This document shows, piece after piece, positions 31,006 to 40,700 of a stretch of DNA of 46,071 nucleotides. Position 1 is the stretch's first letter. The number at the start of each line of letters is the position of its first letter. The DNA is from Elainellaceae cyanobacterium. GTDB taxonomy: Bacteria > Cyanobacteriota > Cyanobacteriia > CAZCXK01. The translations under genes and the position numbers were made by a program. The DNA lies in the NCBI GenBank assembly GCA_051117555.1, contig JBNPEG010000083.1:1-46071 (forward strand), given 5' to 3'. The notes under the pieces are model-generated. The model was not told where the DNA came from. It ran no database searches and worked only from the letters and a program-made list of their open reading frames with translations.

Positions 31006-33429
31006 TTAGTTCTGCCGATAATTTGGGATGACTCGCTTTAGATAAAGCTGGACTACGCCATAGAGAATCAATGCTGCCGCCACAATGCCGCCTCCCAACA
31101 CAATCCAATTACCCCGAACAAAGCGCTTCAACTGGCTCGAAAAATCTTTAGACGCAATCTCTTCTCGAACCGGAGCCTGCTCCAGAAATTCCAGATTATA
31201 GGCATCGGTTTCGTAGGGAGAGGGGTCTTCTTCGTTAGTGCTAATGAGTACCGTGTCGCCATCGAGTTGATGAAACAACGAGTCAACGCTCAATAGATCC
31301 TGAACTTGCGATAGCCCTTCGTCAGTTTGACTGCTGAAAGCCAGCAACACTCGCTCTTGATTCCAGGGGGAAATGATTTGCTTGATCAAGCCTTCCGTAT
31401 CGGGCAGCGTCTGGATTGTGCTTTGCTGCCATTGACGAGTGAATAGGTCTTGGAGCCGAAACCCGTCCGTTTCAAATGCCTCTACAAACGGGAATCGAGC
31501 TTGCGTGCCGATCCCCACAAGATGTCGGCTATCGCGGATTTCATCGGATAATTCGCTGTTTGGATAAACGTCTAATTTCAACGAATCCGCTTCACTGAGC
31601 CGTCCAAGCCGTTCTGCAAACGCAAGCAGAGTGTCAATATCGGCATTGGAGGGCTGATCGGGAACCACAATCGCCGTCGATGATAAATCTTGGGGAGCCG
31701 CAAACGGATATCCGGTTCGCAGCAGGTTGAGATCAGGCAGTCTGACCACGTTTTCTCGGTTGAGGTCGAAGCTCGTATCAGAATGAATGGTGCCCCAAAG
31801 CTGCTGGTCAGTGGGGCGGCTACACGATCGCCTTTCCCGGGGATCGAGCCTGAAGTTGACTTGAATTTGCGATTGGGGCGTGATTTGGTCAGCAGGAAGT
31901 TCGACTCGCAGGGTTTCGCGATCGCCCCCATCCACCGAACTCAAGCGCCTTCCCCCCACCGATACGCCATCGAGCTGAATTTCAACGAGTGAGGTAAGAG
32001 GATTGACCTGCGGGCCATAGCTATAGCGCAGCGTCATGAAATTGCCTGCTAAAAACTGATCGTCAGGCAGGGCATGAAAGTCAAATATTAAGGCAGGCGA
32101 ATGGGAACCGCGCACGGTCACATCGTCGTAGGATTGTTCGTTGAAATTCTTTAAATCTTGAAGCTGAAAGGAGTCTTCTACAGGCAGGTAATCAGGCCAT
32201 ACTCGCGGGTCAGGCGACACGACCGGGGTTACTTCGTTGATGAAAATGGCATTCCCGGTTGCAATCTGGCGATCGCCCGGTTGTGCCAAAAACTGGATGG
32301 CTTTAGCAACCCCATCGGCACTATTGCCCGTCGCTACCAACACAGGTACCTGGTTGTTCTGGGCCGCCGCGAGCATTAAGATACCGGTATCGTTGGCGAT
32401 CGCCTGCCCCTCGCCGTCTAAAAACTGATTGTTTTCAAGGGCGATCGGCAGATCGAGCCCAGCCAGGGCAGGTTGCGCATCGGGTGTTCCAACGATGATC
32501 AGCCGTTCATCGTCATTAAGCTCATCGAGGGTTGACACCAATCGGGTGTCTAAGACTCGATACTCTGCAATTCGACCGAGTGAGGCTTGCAGTCGGCTAG
32601 CACTCGTCAACCAAGCCTGATCAAGGTCACTCGGCAATAGATAAGCAATCTGATTGGGTTCGAGCTTTAGCTCATCGTAGATGGGATACGGATATCGGCT
32701 GAAATCGAGCGAAATCGGCTGGGGCTGGTAGTTAAATACCAATTTTGAGTCGGGCATCACTTCAGTCCACAGGGATGGATCGAGCGCATCCTGCGTACAG
32801 GTTGGAGAGTTGTTTTGTAACGCTGCAACGATCAGTTCGTTGTAGTCTTCAATTAAATAAGCTGGAATATCAAATACCGTTTCGCCCAATTCACCTTGGG
32901 GCTGATTGAGCGGCACGCTGCCAACGCTGGTGCCATTGACCAGCACCGTCAGATTGGAGCGGGTCGCATAGAGCGCTGCTGAGTGGCGATAGCGAAGTAG
33001 AACTTTGACTGTTTGAGGCTCCCAGTTGCGCGGTCGGGTAAACTGGAGTCGCGCTTCGTCATAGATACCCGTGAGACGGAGCCGATTGCCCACCACCGGA
33101 CTTCGATTAAACTCCAATACATACTGCTGCCCGTCGTCTTCCTGATTTTCATCTGTGTCTTCGGCGGTGTCTCCATCTACCGGAGTCACCGTAGGTACTG
33201 CAATCGGCAGTTCGGGAATTGTGATCTGGGCTTGACTCTCAATGGCTGCCTCATCATCAGGTGGAGACGCTTCTTGCGCGTGCACCAGTGGCGAGATCGA
33301 TCCGATAATCAGCGCTATGCTCATCGCGGATGTGCCAATGAGCCAATAGAGGGTGCGGCGATTAAACGTCAGAAGGACAGTTCTCCAATAGGAGCGAGGA
33401 CGGGATGACAGATGAGAATGGCGGTTCAT
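31006..33429 (-). CDS. bcsB: Cellulose synthase periplasmic co-polymerase subunit BcsB-like
   Basis: Signal/TM N-terminus, duplicated jelly-roll-like halves (SNLTVLVNG; SLVEIQLDG), LPDL..L..GYPF, C-terminal TM; immediately upstream of bcsA. Confidence 0.85.
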   Translation of the reverse strand: MNRHSHLSSRPRSYWRTVLLTFNRRTLYWLIGTSAMSIALIIGSISPLVHAQEASPPDDEAAIESQAQITIPELPIAVPTVTPVDGDTAEDTDENQEDDGQQYVLEFNRSPVVGNRLRLTGIYDEARLQFTRPRNWEPQTVKVLLRYRHSAALYATRSNLTVLVNGTSVGSVPLNQPQGELGETVFDIPAYLIEDYNELIVAALQNNSPTCTQDALDPSLWTEVMPDSKLVFNYQPQPISLDFSRYPYPIYDELKLEPNQIAYLLPSDLDQAWLTSASRLQASLGRIAEYRVLDTRLVSTLDELNDDERLIIVGTPDAQPALAGLDLPIALENNQFLDGEGQAIANDTGILMLAAAQNNQVPVLVATGNSADGVAKAIQFLAQPGDRQIATGNAIFINEVTPVVSPDPRVWPDYLPVEDSFQLQDLKNFNEQSYDDVTVRGSHSPALIFDFHALPDDQFLAGNFMTLRYSYGPQVNPLTSLVEIQLDGVSVGGRRLSSVDGGDRETLRVELPADQITPQSQIQVNFRLDPRERRSCSRPTDQQLWGTIHSDTSFDLNRENVVRLPDLNLLRTGYPFAAPQDLSSTAIVVPDQPSNADIDTLLAFAERLGRLSEADSLKLDVYPNSELSDEIRDSRHLVGIGTQARFPFVEAFETDGFRLQDLFTRQWQQSTIQTLPDTEGLIKQIISPWNQERVLLAFSSQTDEGLSQVQDLLSVDSLFHQLDGDTVLISTNEEDPSPYETDAYNLEFLEQAPVREEIASKDFSSQLKRFVRGNWIVLGGGIVAAALILYGVVQLYLKRVIPNYRQN

Positions 33430-33498
33430 AGTCAGACTGGCAGTTAAACAAGGACAGTGAGCAAGGCACAGGCGATCGCAGAGATAGCGCGGGCGCAA

Positions 33499-34800
33499 TT
33501 AGTCGCGGCTAATCAAAGCAGGAGGCATCTCTGGCAGCAAGCCAAACCACGCCAAATTTTGGGTGTAATACGCCGAGTCGTTATCCCAAAATCCTTGGCG
33601 ATACGTCGGCATGAGTTTTTGCTGATAGAGCTGGTCGGCCATGTCTGGGTTGATCAGGCGCAAAGCCGGATAGAGCATGGCATATTGAGCTGTTGATTCG
33701 TAGTCGACGAGCGATCGCCCCTGAAGGTCAATTCGGGCAGGAATTTTTTCTTGAGCACGCCACAGACCTTGGAGATACATCGAGCGAGTCGCTAGATATA
33801 GCTTGGCTCGCAGGTCGTCATACCATGCAGCATCGAGGGAGAGCCGCCACCAAACCCGAAACGCATCAAAGCCGTATTGGCTCGTAAGCGATCGCCCCTC
33901 TGGAATTGGGCTGAATGCTCCGGTTTGGGGGTTGAGAGCAATCCAGTCGCTAGGCAACCCCACCCGCGAGGTGTTTGACGAGGCATATAGAGCGCGATAG
34001 CCGCTGTCGATCAAACTGAGCCAATCGCGGTCTGACTCTGGTTCGACGTCAGCAAAGAGGCGATAGGCATAGGGCGAAAAGTAAGACGGATTGAGAATCA
34101 GCAGGTCAGGCTCCGGCCAAAATGCCTCCCTTGGCCCCGGCAGCAGGTGGCGATCGCCATTCGCTAGCTCAACCACGCTCAGCTTCCACAAGTCGTCGAG
34201 CTTCAGCCGCGCTAACCTCAGATATTCAGGGCAGTTCCACCGACGCGCCGCTAAAATCAGCGCTGTAATCGCATCAATGTCGGCATCGCTCGCAAAATTG
34301 GCATCGAGCAACTGCACCGTGCCATCCTCTCCTTCACCCCATCGCCATCCCCAAAGGCGATCGGTGAGATTTCCATCCTCATCTGTGCGAGCGAGATGGG
34401 TTTCTGCCCAGTTCAGCGTGCGAATAAACGTGTTTGGATCATCAATCAATACGGCTCGCAACATCGCATAGGCTTGCCCTTCAGAGGTGGAGTGCTGATC
34501 GGCTCGCTCCCAGTCGACAACCCGCCCATCCTCCTGAATGAAGCGATCGCGATAGGCAATCCAGCTTTCAGTCAGCACGGTTGGAACCGTGGTTGAATCA
34601 TAGGGCAATGACAACGCCTCAACCGATGCCGGACTGCTCACCTCCGCTCGCCGCAAACACGCTGGAACTGACATGGCGATCGAGGGAGCACTCCATACAC
34701 TTGCCGAAGCAACAGACATAGATAACGTTCCGAGAAGAAGATAGTGAAGACGTTTCATGGCATTCGTTTTGGGTGGGGTGGAGGCAAATGAATGATTCAC
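33499..34800 (-). CDS. bcsZ: Glycoside hydrolase family 8 endoglucanase (BcsZ-like)
   Basis: TSEGQAYAM (catalytic Glu), NFASDAD, LNPSY, GLPSDW, FDAFRV, YYTQNL; signal peptide; alternative start ATG at 34758. Confidence 0.9.
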   Translation of the reverse strand: MNHSFASTPPKTNAMKRLHYLLLGTLSMSVASASVWSAPSIAMSVPACLRRAEVSSPASVEALSLPYDSTTVPTVLTESWIAYRDRFIQEDGRVVDWERADQHSTSEGQAYAMLRAVLIDDPNTFIRTLNWAETHLARTDEDGNLTDRLWGWRWGEGEDGTVQLLDANFASDADIDAITALILAARRWNCPEYLRLARLKLDDLWKLSVVELANGDRHLLPGPREAFWPEPDLLILNPSYFSPYAYRLFADVEPESDRDWLSLIDSGYRALYASSNTSRVGLPSDWIALNPQTGAFSPIPEGRSLTSQYGFDAFRVWWRLSLDAAWYDDLRAKLYLATRSMYLQGLWRAQEKIPARIDLQGRSLVDYESTAQYAMLYPALRLINPDMADQLYQQKLMPTYRQGFWDNDSAYYTQNLAWFGLLPEMPPALISRD

Positions 34801-34935
34801 CTCATCGAAGTCGTGTATACGCTGTAGGTAGAACAGAATTCTGTAGCCCTTCTTTGAAGAATTGGTATTAGCCGCGCCCTCAAATAACGCAATCCGGCAT
34901 TCCCAAACGGTCGAGTATTCAAGAACATAGTCCCC

Positions 34936-37275
34936 TTAATACCTCTCCCAATACGGCTGAAAGCCCCGCCGTCGAAGAAAATCAACCTGAAGCCGGTCGA
35001 TACGATCGTCTAAAACAGGGTCAGAGATCCCCTGAGCATCGTGTTCGTCCTGTAACTCCTCCAGTCGTCGCAGGGCGGTTAAGGGTTCGCCTTGGGCAGC
35101 ACTCAGTTCTGCAAGAATGCGACGGGTTTCTAAATCATTGGGCTGGAGGGTCAGCACTCGTTCATATAAGCGTTCGGCTTCAGCATAGTTACGCTGCTGG
35201 AAGCGAACGCCACCCAAAGCAGCAAGCGCGTCCGGATTGTCCGGCTCTTGGTTGAGAATGACTTGATAGGCATCCGCAGCTTGGTCAAGGTCATCGAGCT
35301 GCTGTGCCAGTTCACCCTGCACAAAGTAGACAGTGATGTCATCAGGATTTTCGCTAATCAGCTGATCGACTCGGGCTTGAGCCTGAGCGGGGTCACGACT
35401 AGCGATTAATTGAATTTGGCGCAGATTAATGGCAAGGCTATCCGGGTTAGCATCAAGCAACCGTTGATACAGTGATTCACGCTCAGGGCTAGGCGGCAGC
35501 GCGCCGACCAAGCTATACAGTTCGGGAGGAAGAGCCGTCGGGGGCTGGGTGGCAAGCCAGTTGTCTAATATTGCTTCGGCGTCGGATTCGGAAATTTGCC
35601 CCATGCGATAGACGATGCTAGCCCGACCGAGCTGAAACGCCAGATTATCGGGATTGCGCACTATGAGGTCGTCGTAGATTTCGAGGGCAGTGCCAAGCCG
35701 CCCCTGAGCCACTCGAATCCCCGCTAACCCACGCAGCGCATCATTCAAAATAGGAGCAGGCGGATTGCTGCCAATCAGCGTTTCATATTGGCGAGCGCTG
35801 GCATCGAGGTTGCCCGATCGCCGTTCGATTTCGGCTTGCAGCAGCCTCGCCGAGAAATTGGGCTGCTCATAGGCTGCGGCTTCATACTCAGCAAGGGCGT
35901 CCCGGGCTGCGTTGTAGTCGCCCTGCTGGAGATACATTTGAGCCATTCGGTAATAGAGAAACGGCACGTCGCTGTCCGCCGCCACCCGTTCACTCACCAG
36001 TTGTTGATACAGGGGCAACAGGGCCGGATCCGGTGAATCAAACGGCACTAGAGCCAGGGCGATCGCCCGCAATTCTGATGAGTTTTCTGGAAGCGATCGC
36101 CCGATATCTTGCAGCTCATTAACCAGCGCGGTGCGGGAGAGTTCGCCGAGCTGATATTCCAATAGCAGCCGTTTGACTAGCAGGCTAGTGTCATCAGGCT
36201 GCCGTTCCAAAAGTTGGCGATATATTTGCAGGGCATCTGCCTGGGTCGATGGCGACTCGCTCAATACATCGGCTGCCTCGCGCAACAGACCAATTGACGG
36301 TGTTTCAGTCTGGCTTAAAATTTCTCGATAGAGGTCAATTGCTTCGTCATAGAGGTCTTGATCGCCGGTTTGGCGGGCAATTTCGCTGAGCGATCGCGCC
36401 AATGATAGTCTCGAATCGCCTCGGCTGCGTAAGGGGGCTAGGGTGGCGATCGCCTCATCTGGCTGTCGATTAGCTGCATAGGCAACGGCCAGGGCAGAGC
36501 GAATTTCTAAAGTCGTCGCATCAACCTGCTGACGGTCTCGCAGTCGCGTGCTGAGAATCTCGACGGCTTCATCCGCACGTCCGGTTTCGCGCAGCGCCAG
36601 GGCATAGGCAACGATCGCGCGATCGGGAATTCGAGCGATATCCTGATATTGCTCGAATAAAGCGAGTCCACGCTCGTAGGCTCCGCTAAAGACATAGCTT
36701 TGAGCCGCTTCGAGAATGATATCCGGAGCGGCATTCTCAGCCAGCAAGATCTCATAGTCTGCAATTGATTCGGCAAATTGCCCCTGGTAGCGCAGCAGTA
36801 GCGCTCGCCGGGCTCGTGCCTCCGCATTATCGGGGTCAAGGCTGAGCAGCGTCGTCAGTGCCTCAATGCCCTGGGCTTGCCACTCAGGGCGATATCCGCC
36901 CAGCAAACCGATGGCAGTGAGGGCTTGGCGATTGGTTGAATCTTGCGCCAACACCTGTTGATAGGCTGCCCAGGCATTGGCGTCTTGTCCAGCTCGCTGA
37001 TAGGCGATCGCCAGTCCTAGCTTTGCATCTAGAGAGTTAGGATACCGACGCACCGCCTCTCGAAACGCGGCGATCGCATCATCAACCCAGCCTCGATTTA
37101 ACAAGTCATAGCCTCGACTGACCGCCGCAGGCATCGACTGCGCGTACGCTGGATGCAGGCGTAGGCTAACTGGAGCCGCCAACACTCCCAGCGACAGGCT
37201 AAGCGAACCTAGCCCGATTAGAATAATTCGCATCCAGTCTTTATTACGGTTTACGTGCGTCCACTGATTCATCAA
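34936..37275 (-). CDS. Secreted/periplasmic TPR protein (resembles the BcsC N-terminal region, no beta-barrel)
   Basis: Signal peptide ending AYA; many TPR-like helical repeats; ATGA overlap with the upstream porin gene. Confidence 0.8.
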   Translation of the reverse strand: MMNQWTHVNRNKDWMRIILIGLGSLSLSLGVLAAPVSLRLHPAYAQSMPAAVSRGYDLLNRGWVDDAIAAFREAVRRYPNSLDAKLGLAIAYQRAGQDANAWAAYQQVLAQDSTNRQALTAIGLLGGYRPEWQAQGIEALTTLLSLDPDNAEARARRALLLRYQGQFAESIADYEILLAENAAPDIILEAAQSYVFSGAYERGLALFEQYQDIARIPDRAIVAYALALRETGRADEAVEILSTRLRDRQQVDATTLEIRSALAVAYAANRQPDEAIATLAPLRSRGDSRLSLARSLSEIARQTGDQDLYDEAIDLYREILSQTETPSIGLLREAADVLSESPSTQADALQIYRQLLERQPDDTSLLVKRLLLEYQLGELSRTALVNELQDIGRSLPENSSELRAIALALVPFDSPDPALLPLYQQLVSERVAADSDVPFLYYRMAQMYLQQGDYNAARDALAEYEAAAYEQPNFSARLLQAEIERRSGNLDASARQYETLIGSNPPAPILNDALRGLAGIRVAQGRLGTALEIYDDLIVRNPDNLAFQLGRASIVYRMGQISESDAEAILDNWLATQPPTALPPELYSLVGALPPSPERESLYQRLLDANPDSLAINLRQIQLIASRDPAQAQARVDQLISENPDDITVYFVQGELAQQLDDLDQAADAYQVILNQEPDNPDALAALGGVRFQQRNYAEAERLYERVLTLQPNDLETRRILAELSAAQGEPLTALRRLEELQDEHDAQGISDPVLDDRIDRLQVDFLRRRGFQPYWERY

Positions 37276-39365
37276 AACAACCTCCGAATATCATTGCCAT
37301 CAAAATCCACCCGAATCCGGAACCCAGCGACCGTTTCTGAAAATCCATCCCGCTGCTGGAGCGTGACGCCTGCTCGGAGGTTGCGCGTGATCGGGGCGTC
37401 GTAGAACAACTCCAACACGTCTGGGAGATTGTCGCCGCGATCGCGCCGCGCATCTGTGTTAGATAACAGACGACCGTATCCCAACCCAAGGCGATCGCCC
37501 GTGATGAACAGGTCGAGCAGATTCATTCCTAGGCTGAAGGTTTGCCCCCCTTCGCCCAAATCCAAATTCTCGTACCAGCCGACGCGACCGAATAAGCCTA
37601 GGTTGAGGTCAGGGATAAACACTTCGCCATTCAAGCCAAATGCCTCTTCGCGATCGCCCGGACGCAGCCCAAAAATGTTGTCTCCCCGATCAAAGTCAAA
37701 GATTTCGCGGAAGCCGTCGTTTTCTCCTTCGTCTTCCGCGTTCACATAGGTCGCTCTGAGAATGGCAGTACCCAGCCGAAGGCCGATTTCTCCAGCAAAG
37801 CCATCTAGCTCGAAATCGCCCAAGTCACGGGTTGACGAAAACGTGGCAGCCTTGAGAATGAGATTGTCAGTGACATCAAAGTTCACCAGCAACACTGGAC
37901 GACTGGCAATGCTGGCGGCACTGAGTGCAGGGTTCGTTTGGAAAACAGGATTGAAAAAGTGGGTCGCGCCATCTTTAGCAAAGCTGTTGCGGTCGAAGTA
38001 GGAGGTCAGATCGAGCAAGCCTACTACAAATCGCAGATTCGACACCCCTGGAGGAGATGCCGATACGTAGAGTTCGTTGAGGTTGAGCCCTTCTTCACGA
38101 GAATCAGCAAAGGCGTCACCCGTCGTTAAATCGACCGTCCCGCCCACTAAAACATGAGGATTGAACGCATACACTGAGGTTACTCGTCCTCGTGCCGATG
38201 ATTCATCACCTTGCAAGAGATAGATTCCTTGAACCTGGATCTCAGGCGAACCCAATACATCACTTCCGTCTCGCAAGGCGGAATCTAACTCGTCCGATGT
38301 TTCAGAAGACTCCGATTGAGCTTGAGCCAAGTCCGATTCAGCAGTAGTCTCCACGCGGTGCGATTCGGCGCGATCGCGCAGCAGCGAGGTATATGCCTGT
38401 GAATATTCAGCGACGTATGCATCATATTCGTCTAGATACGAATAGTTGTCTGCATTTAAGTAGTCATCCGCATTTGAATACTCATCCGCCTCTAAATAGA
38501 AATCTTCTATATCGGCATTCTCATACTCATATTCATAATCGACTGCACGAGTATATTCAGCGACGTATGCATCATACTCGGCAAGGTATGAATAGTCATC
38601 GGATTCTACTTGATTTGCATGTATTTCACTTACATCTATTTCACTTACATCTATTTCACTTACATCTACTTCATCGACGTCTGCTTCATCCGCACGAGTA
38701 TATTCAGCGATGTATGCATCATATTCAGCAAGGTATGAATAGTCGTCGGCCTCTGCATAGTTGTCAGATTCTATAGAGTCCTCGGTATTGGCATAATCCT
38801 CGGTATTGGCAAAGTCTTCGGTATTTGCATAATCCTCGGATTCTACAGAGTCCTCGGATATGGAATCCTCAACGTCAGCACTAGATTCAGCATCTGACGC
38901 CTGCTCAACAATAGGAAATGCAGAAATAGCACCAGATTCGGCTGATATCCGTAAGGTGTCTTCTCCAAATAACGCATTTAAAGACATCCAATCCTCAGAT
39001 TCCTCAAGCCCTATAGACTGAGCCAACCGAGGCGTAGGTGATGTATTCGACGACTTTACACTCGACTCTTCATGAGGAGTCGTGTGGGATGTGTCTCGTG
39101 AATGATTAGACGGATGAAACGGGGTAAGCGTACTGGAGTCGTGAATAGATGCCGATGACGTCGATGATGTCGACAGGTCGGCAAATGAATCCTTTGCATC
39201 GCTGATGGGTTCTGCTAAAACAGGGTTTGCGCTGAGTGCATTGCTGATGCCTAAAAACATCAGCCCTGTTGCAGATGTTTGACCCACTCGGCGAGCCGTT
39301 TGAATTAGATAGGTATGACGTAAAGCCGTAGACTTTAACGCATACGGAATGCCAATACTACGCAT
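37272..39365 (-). CDS. Outer-membrane beta-barrel (carbohydrate porin/OprB-like C-terminus) with a long acidic, Tyr-rich repeat N-terminal region
   Basis: C-terminal ~330 aa of amphipathic strands (LNLNELY, LDLTSYFDRNSFAKD, ELFYD, GFRIRVDF); first gene of the bcs operon. Confidence 0.7.
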   Translation of the reverse strand: MRSIGIPYALKSTALRHTYLIQTARRVGQTSATGLMFLGISNALSANPVLAEPISDAKDSFADLSTSSTSSASIHDSSTLTPFHPSNHSRDTSHTTPHEESSVKSSNTSPTPRLAQSIGLEESEDWMSLNALFGEDTLRISAESGAISAFPIVEQASDAESSADVEDSISEDSVESEDYANTEDFANTEDYANTEDSIESDNYAEADDYSYLAEYDAYIAEYTRADEADVDEVDVSEIDVSEIDVSEIHANQVESDDYSYLAEYDAYVAEYTRAVDYEYEYENADIEDFYLEADEYSNADDYLNADNYSYLDEYDAYVAEYSQAYTSLLRDRAESHRVETTAESDLAQAQSESSETSDELDSALRDGSDVLGSPEIQVQGIYLLQGDESSARGRVTSVYAFNPHVLVGGTVDLTTGDAFADSREEGLNLNELYVSASPPGVSNLRFVVGLLDLTSYFDRNSFAKDGATHFFNPVFQTNPALSAASIASRPVLLVNFDVTDNLILKAATFSSTRDLGDFELDGFAGEIGLRLGTAILRATYVNAEDEGENDGFREIFDFDRGDNIFGLRPGDREEAFGLNGEVFIPDLNLGLFGRVGWYENLDLGEGGQTFSLGMNLLDLFITGDRLGLGYGRLLSNTDARRDRGDNLPDVLELFYDAPITRNLRAGVTLQQRDGFSETVAGFRIRVDFDGNDIRRLF
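38400..38870. repeat. Nested intragenic repeats in the porin gene: ~50-60-bp unit x3, 15-bp unit x3+, 18-bp unit x3+
   Basis: DDYSYLAEYDAY(I/V)AEY-like x3; TATTTCACTTACATC x3 (38622-38666); TCCTCGGTATTGGCA-type units (~38780-38860). Confidence 0.85.
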
Positions 39366-39990
39366 GATTCTTGCTCTAGGGGCTCTAGGGATTAGGATGC
39401 GAGAGTTGCTTTAGCATTGTTGACACAACACAGAAACACTCGAATTGACACCTGATTTGATTTACGAAATGACTATCACGTCGACTTTCTATTAGATAGA
39501 CGTGAGTCAGTGACCCGCGATCGCCACTGACATATTGGATTACGGAGATATCAAGACTCAGAAATTACTAATAAGGAATCGGTGGAGAATCTATCTGGTC
39601 AGCATCAAGATAGATTCCTGATTCTTGCTATTCTTAGGCGATCGCCCAAGAATCTCAGCATTAGACGACCCGCTTAGCTATCCGAAAAGAGGATTGACAA
39701 ATTCTGGGATAGGTTGTTTTGGAAGATGGTTCAACCCTGCTCATCGACTCGATGAAGTGACCTGCTTCTACCCCTTTCTCATGTCTAGACCTGCGCTTTT
39801 CCATCGGGGAAAACTTCAGATTTTAAGCTAGATATGATTCGGTGAATCGATGAGATTGACCTGATTGACTTACGTTTATTTATATCTTATGAGACGACAC
39901 GGAATATCTAAAAGTAGTAAAGCTCAAGTAAAGGCATACAAAATTTCTGTCAAGAACTATCTTTATAGCAATCCTAAGTCGCTTATGAAT

Positions 39991-40119
39991 CTATAGCAAT
40001 CCTAAATCATTCATGAAATGGGAGTGCGGGCATCTTGCCCGCGTTGGCAATGCCTCTCCATCAGAAGAAGCGAGACGCTCGCACTGGAAATTCTTACAAA
40101 TCATTTGGGATTGCTATAG
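39991..40119. mobile_element. MITE with CTATAGCAATCC-type TIRs and an inverted REP-like pair inside; extra orphan left end at 39964-39990
   Basis: CTATAGCAATCCTAAATCATT ... AATCATTTGGGATTGCTATAG; interior AGTGCGGGCATCTTGC and GCGAGACGCTCGCACT are imperfect inverted copies. Confidence 0.8.
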
Positions 40120-40545
40120 GATTACTATAGTATTCTCAAAATCGATGGTTATAAAATTCCGAAAAACTATTAATGAACAAAATTTAGATAAGATTCGAAT
40201 TCTAAAAATTATACTATTTGAATGAAATAAATCCGGATCTTTCAGTGATTTTCAGAAAAACTAACATTGAGATTTAAACCTCAATTTGAGCAAGAAAAAT
40301 ATTTCGTGAAAATGTAGCTTAAAGCAAATCTGTGAGCTATGCTAGGTCAAGACAAAAATAGAGAAGTAATCGATTCTAATTAAATACTAAATTGACTATT
40401 TTTCGAATTATCGGCGACCTGGTTTGTTGATACTGAGATGCTGACGTCATTCATTTGAAATAGTGAGTCTGCACGTCGTCACTAGTGCGATCGCCCGTCA
40501 AAGCGTGTCCACATCCAAGCCTATACTTCTCGTTTAGAAATACTC

Positions 40546-40637
40546 TATAGCGATCCTAAATCGCTTGTAATTTGTGTGTAAGTGGTAGGGCGGGCGCCGC
40601 CCACTCCGCCACTCACAACTCATCTGGGATTGCTATA
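40546..40637. mobile_element. Second MITE of the same TIR family with a different interior
   Basis: TATAGCGATCCTAAATCGCTTGT ... ACAACTCATCTGGGATTGCTATA; interior GTAGGGCGGgcgCCGCCC hairpin. Confidence 0.75.
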
Positions 40638-40700
40638 AATTTTGAACTCGACACGGCTTATAGCTGTTGATTTCTATTAATGCGACTATTTGTAGTCTCT

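Noticed and set aside
12876..38776. Numerous antisense ORFs of 60-200 aa overlapping cheA, pixJ, pixG and bcs genes
   Set aside because: Shadow frames of well-supported genes, with no domain signatures
39366..40700. c-di-GMP riboswitch upstream of the cellulose operon
   Set aside because: No GEMM-type conserved motifs recognised by eye on either strand; an Infernal scan would be needed to exclude it fully
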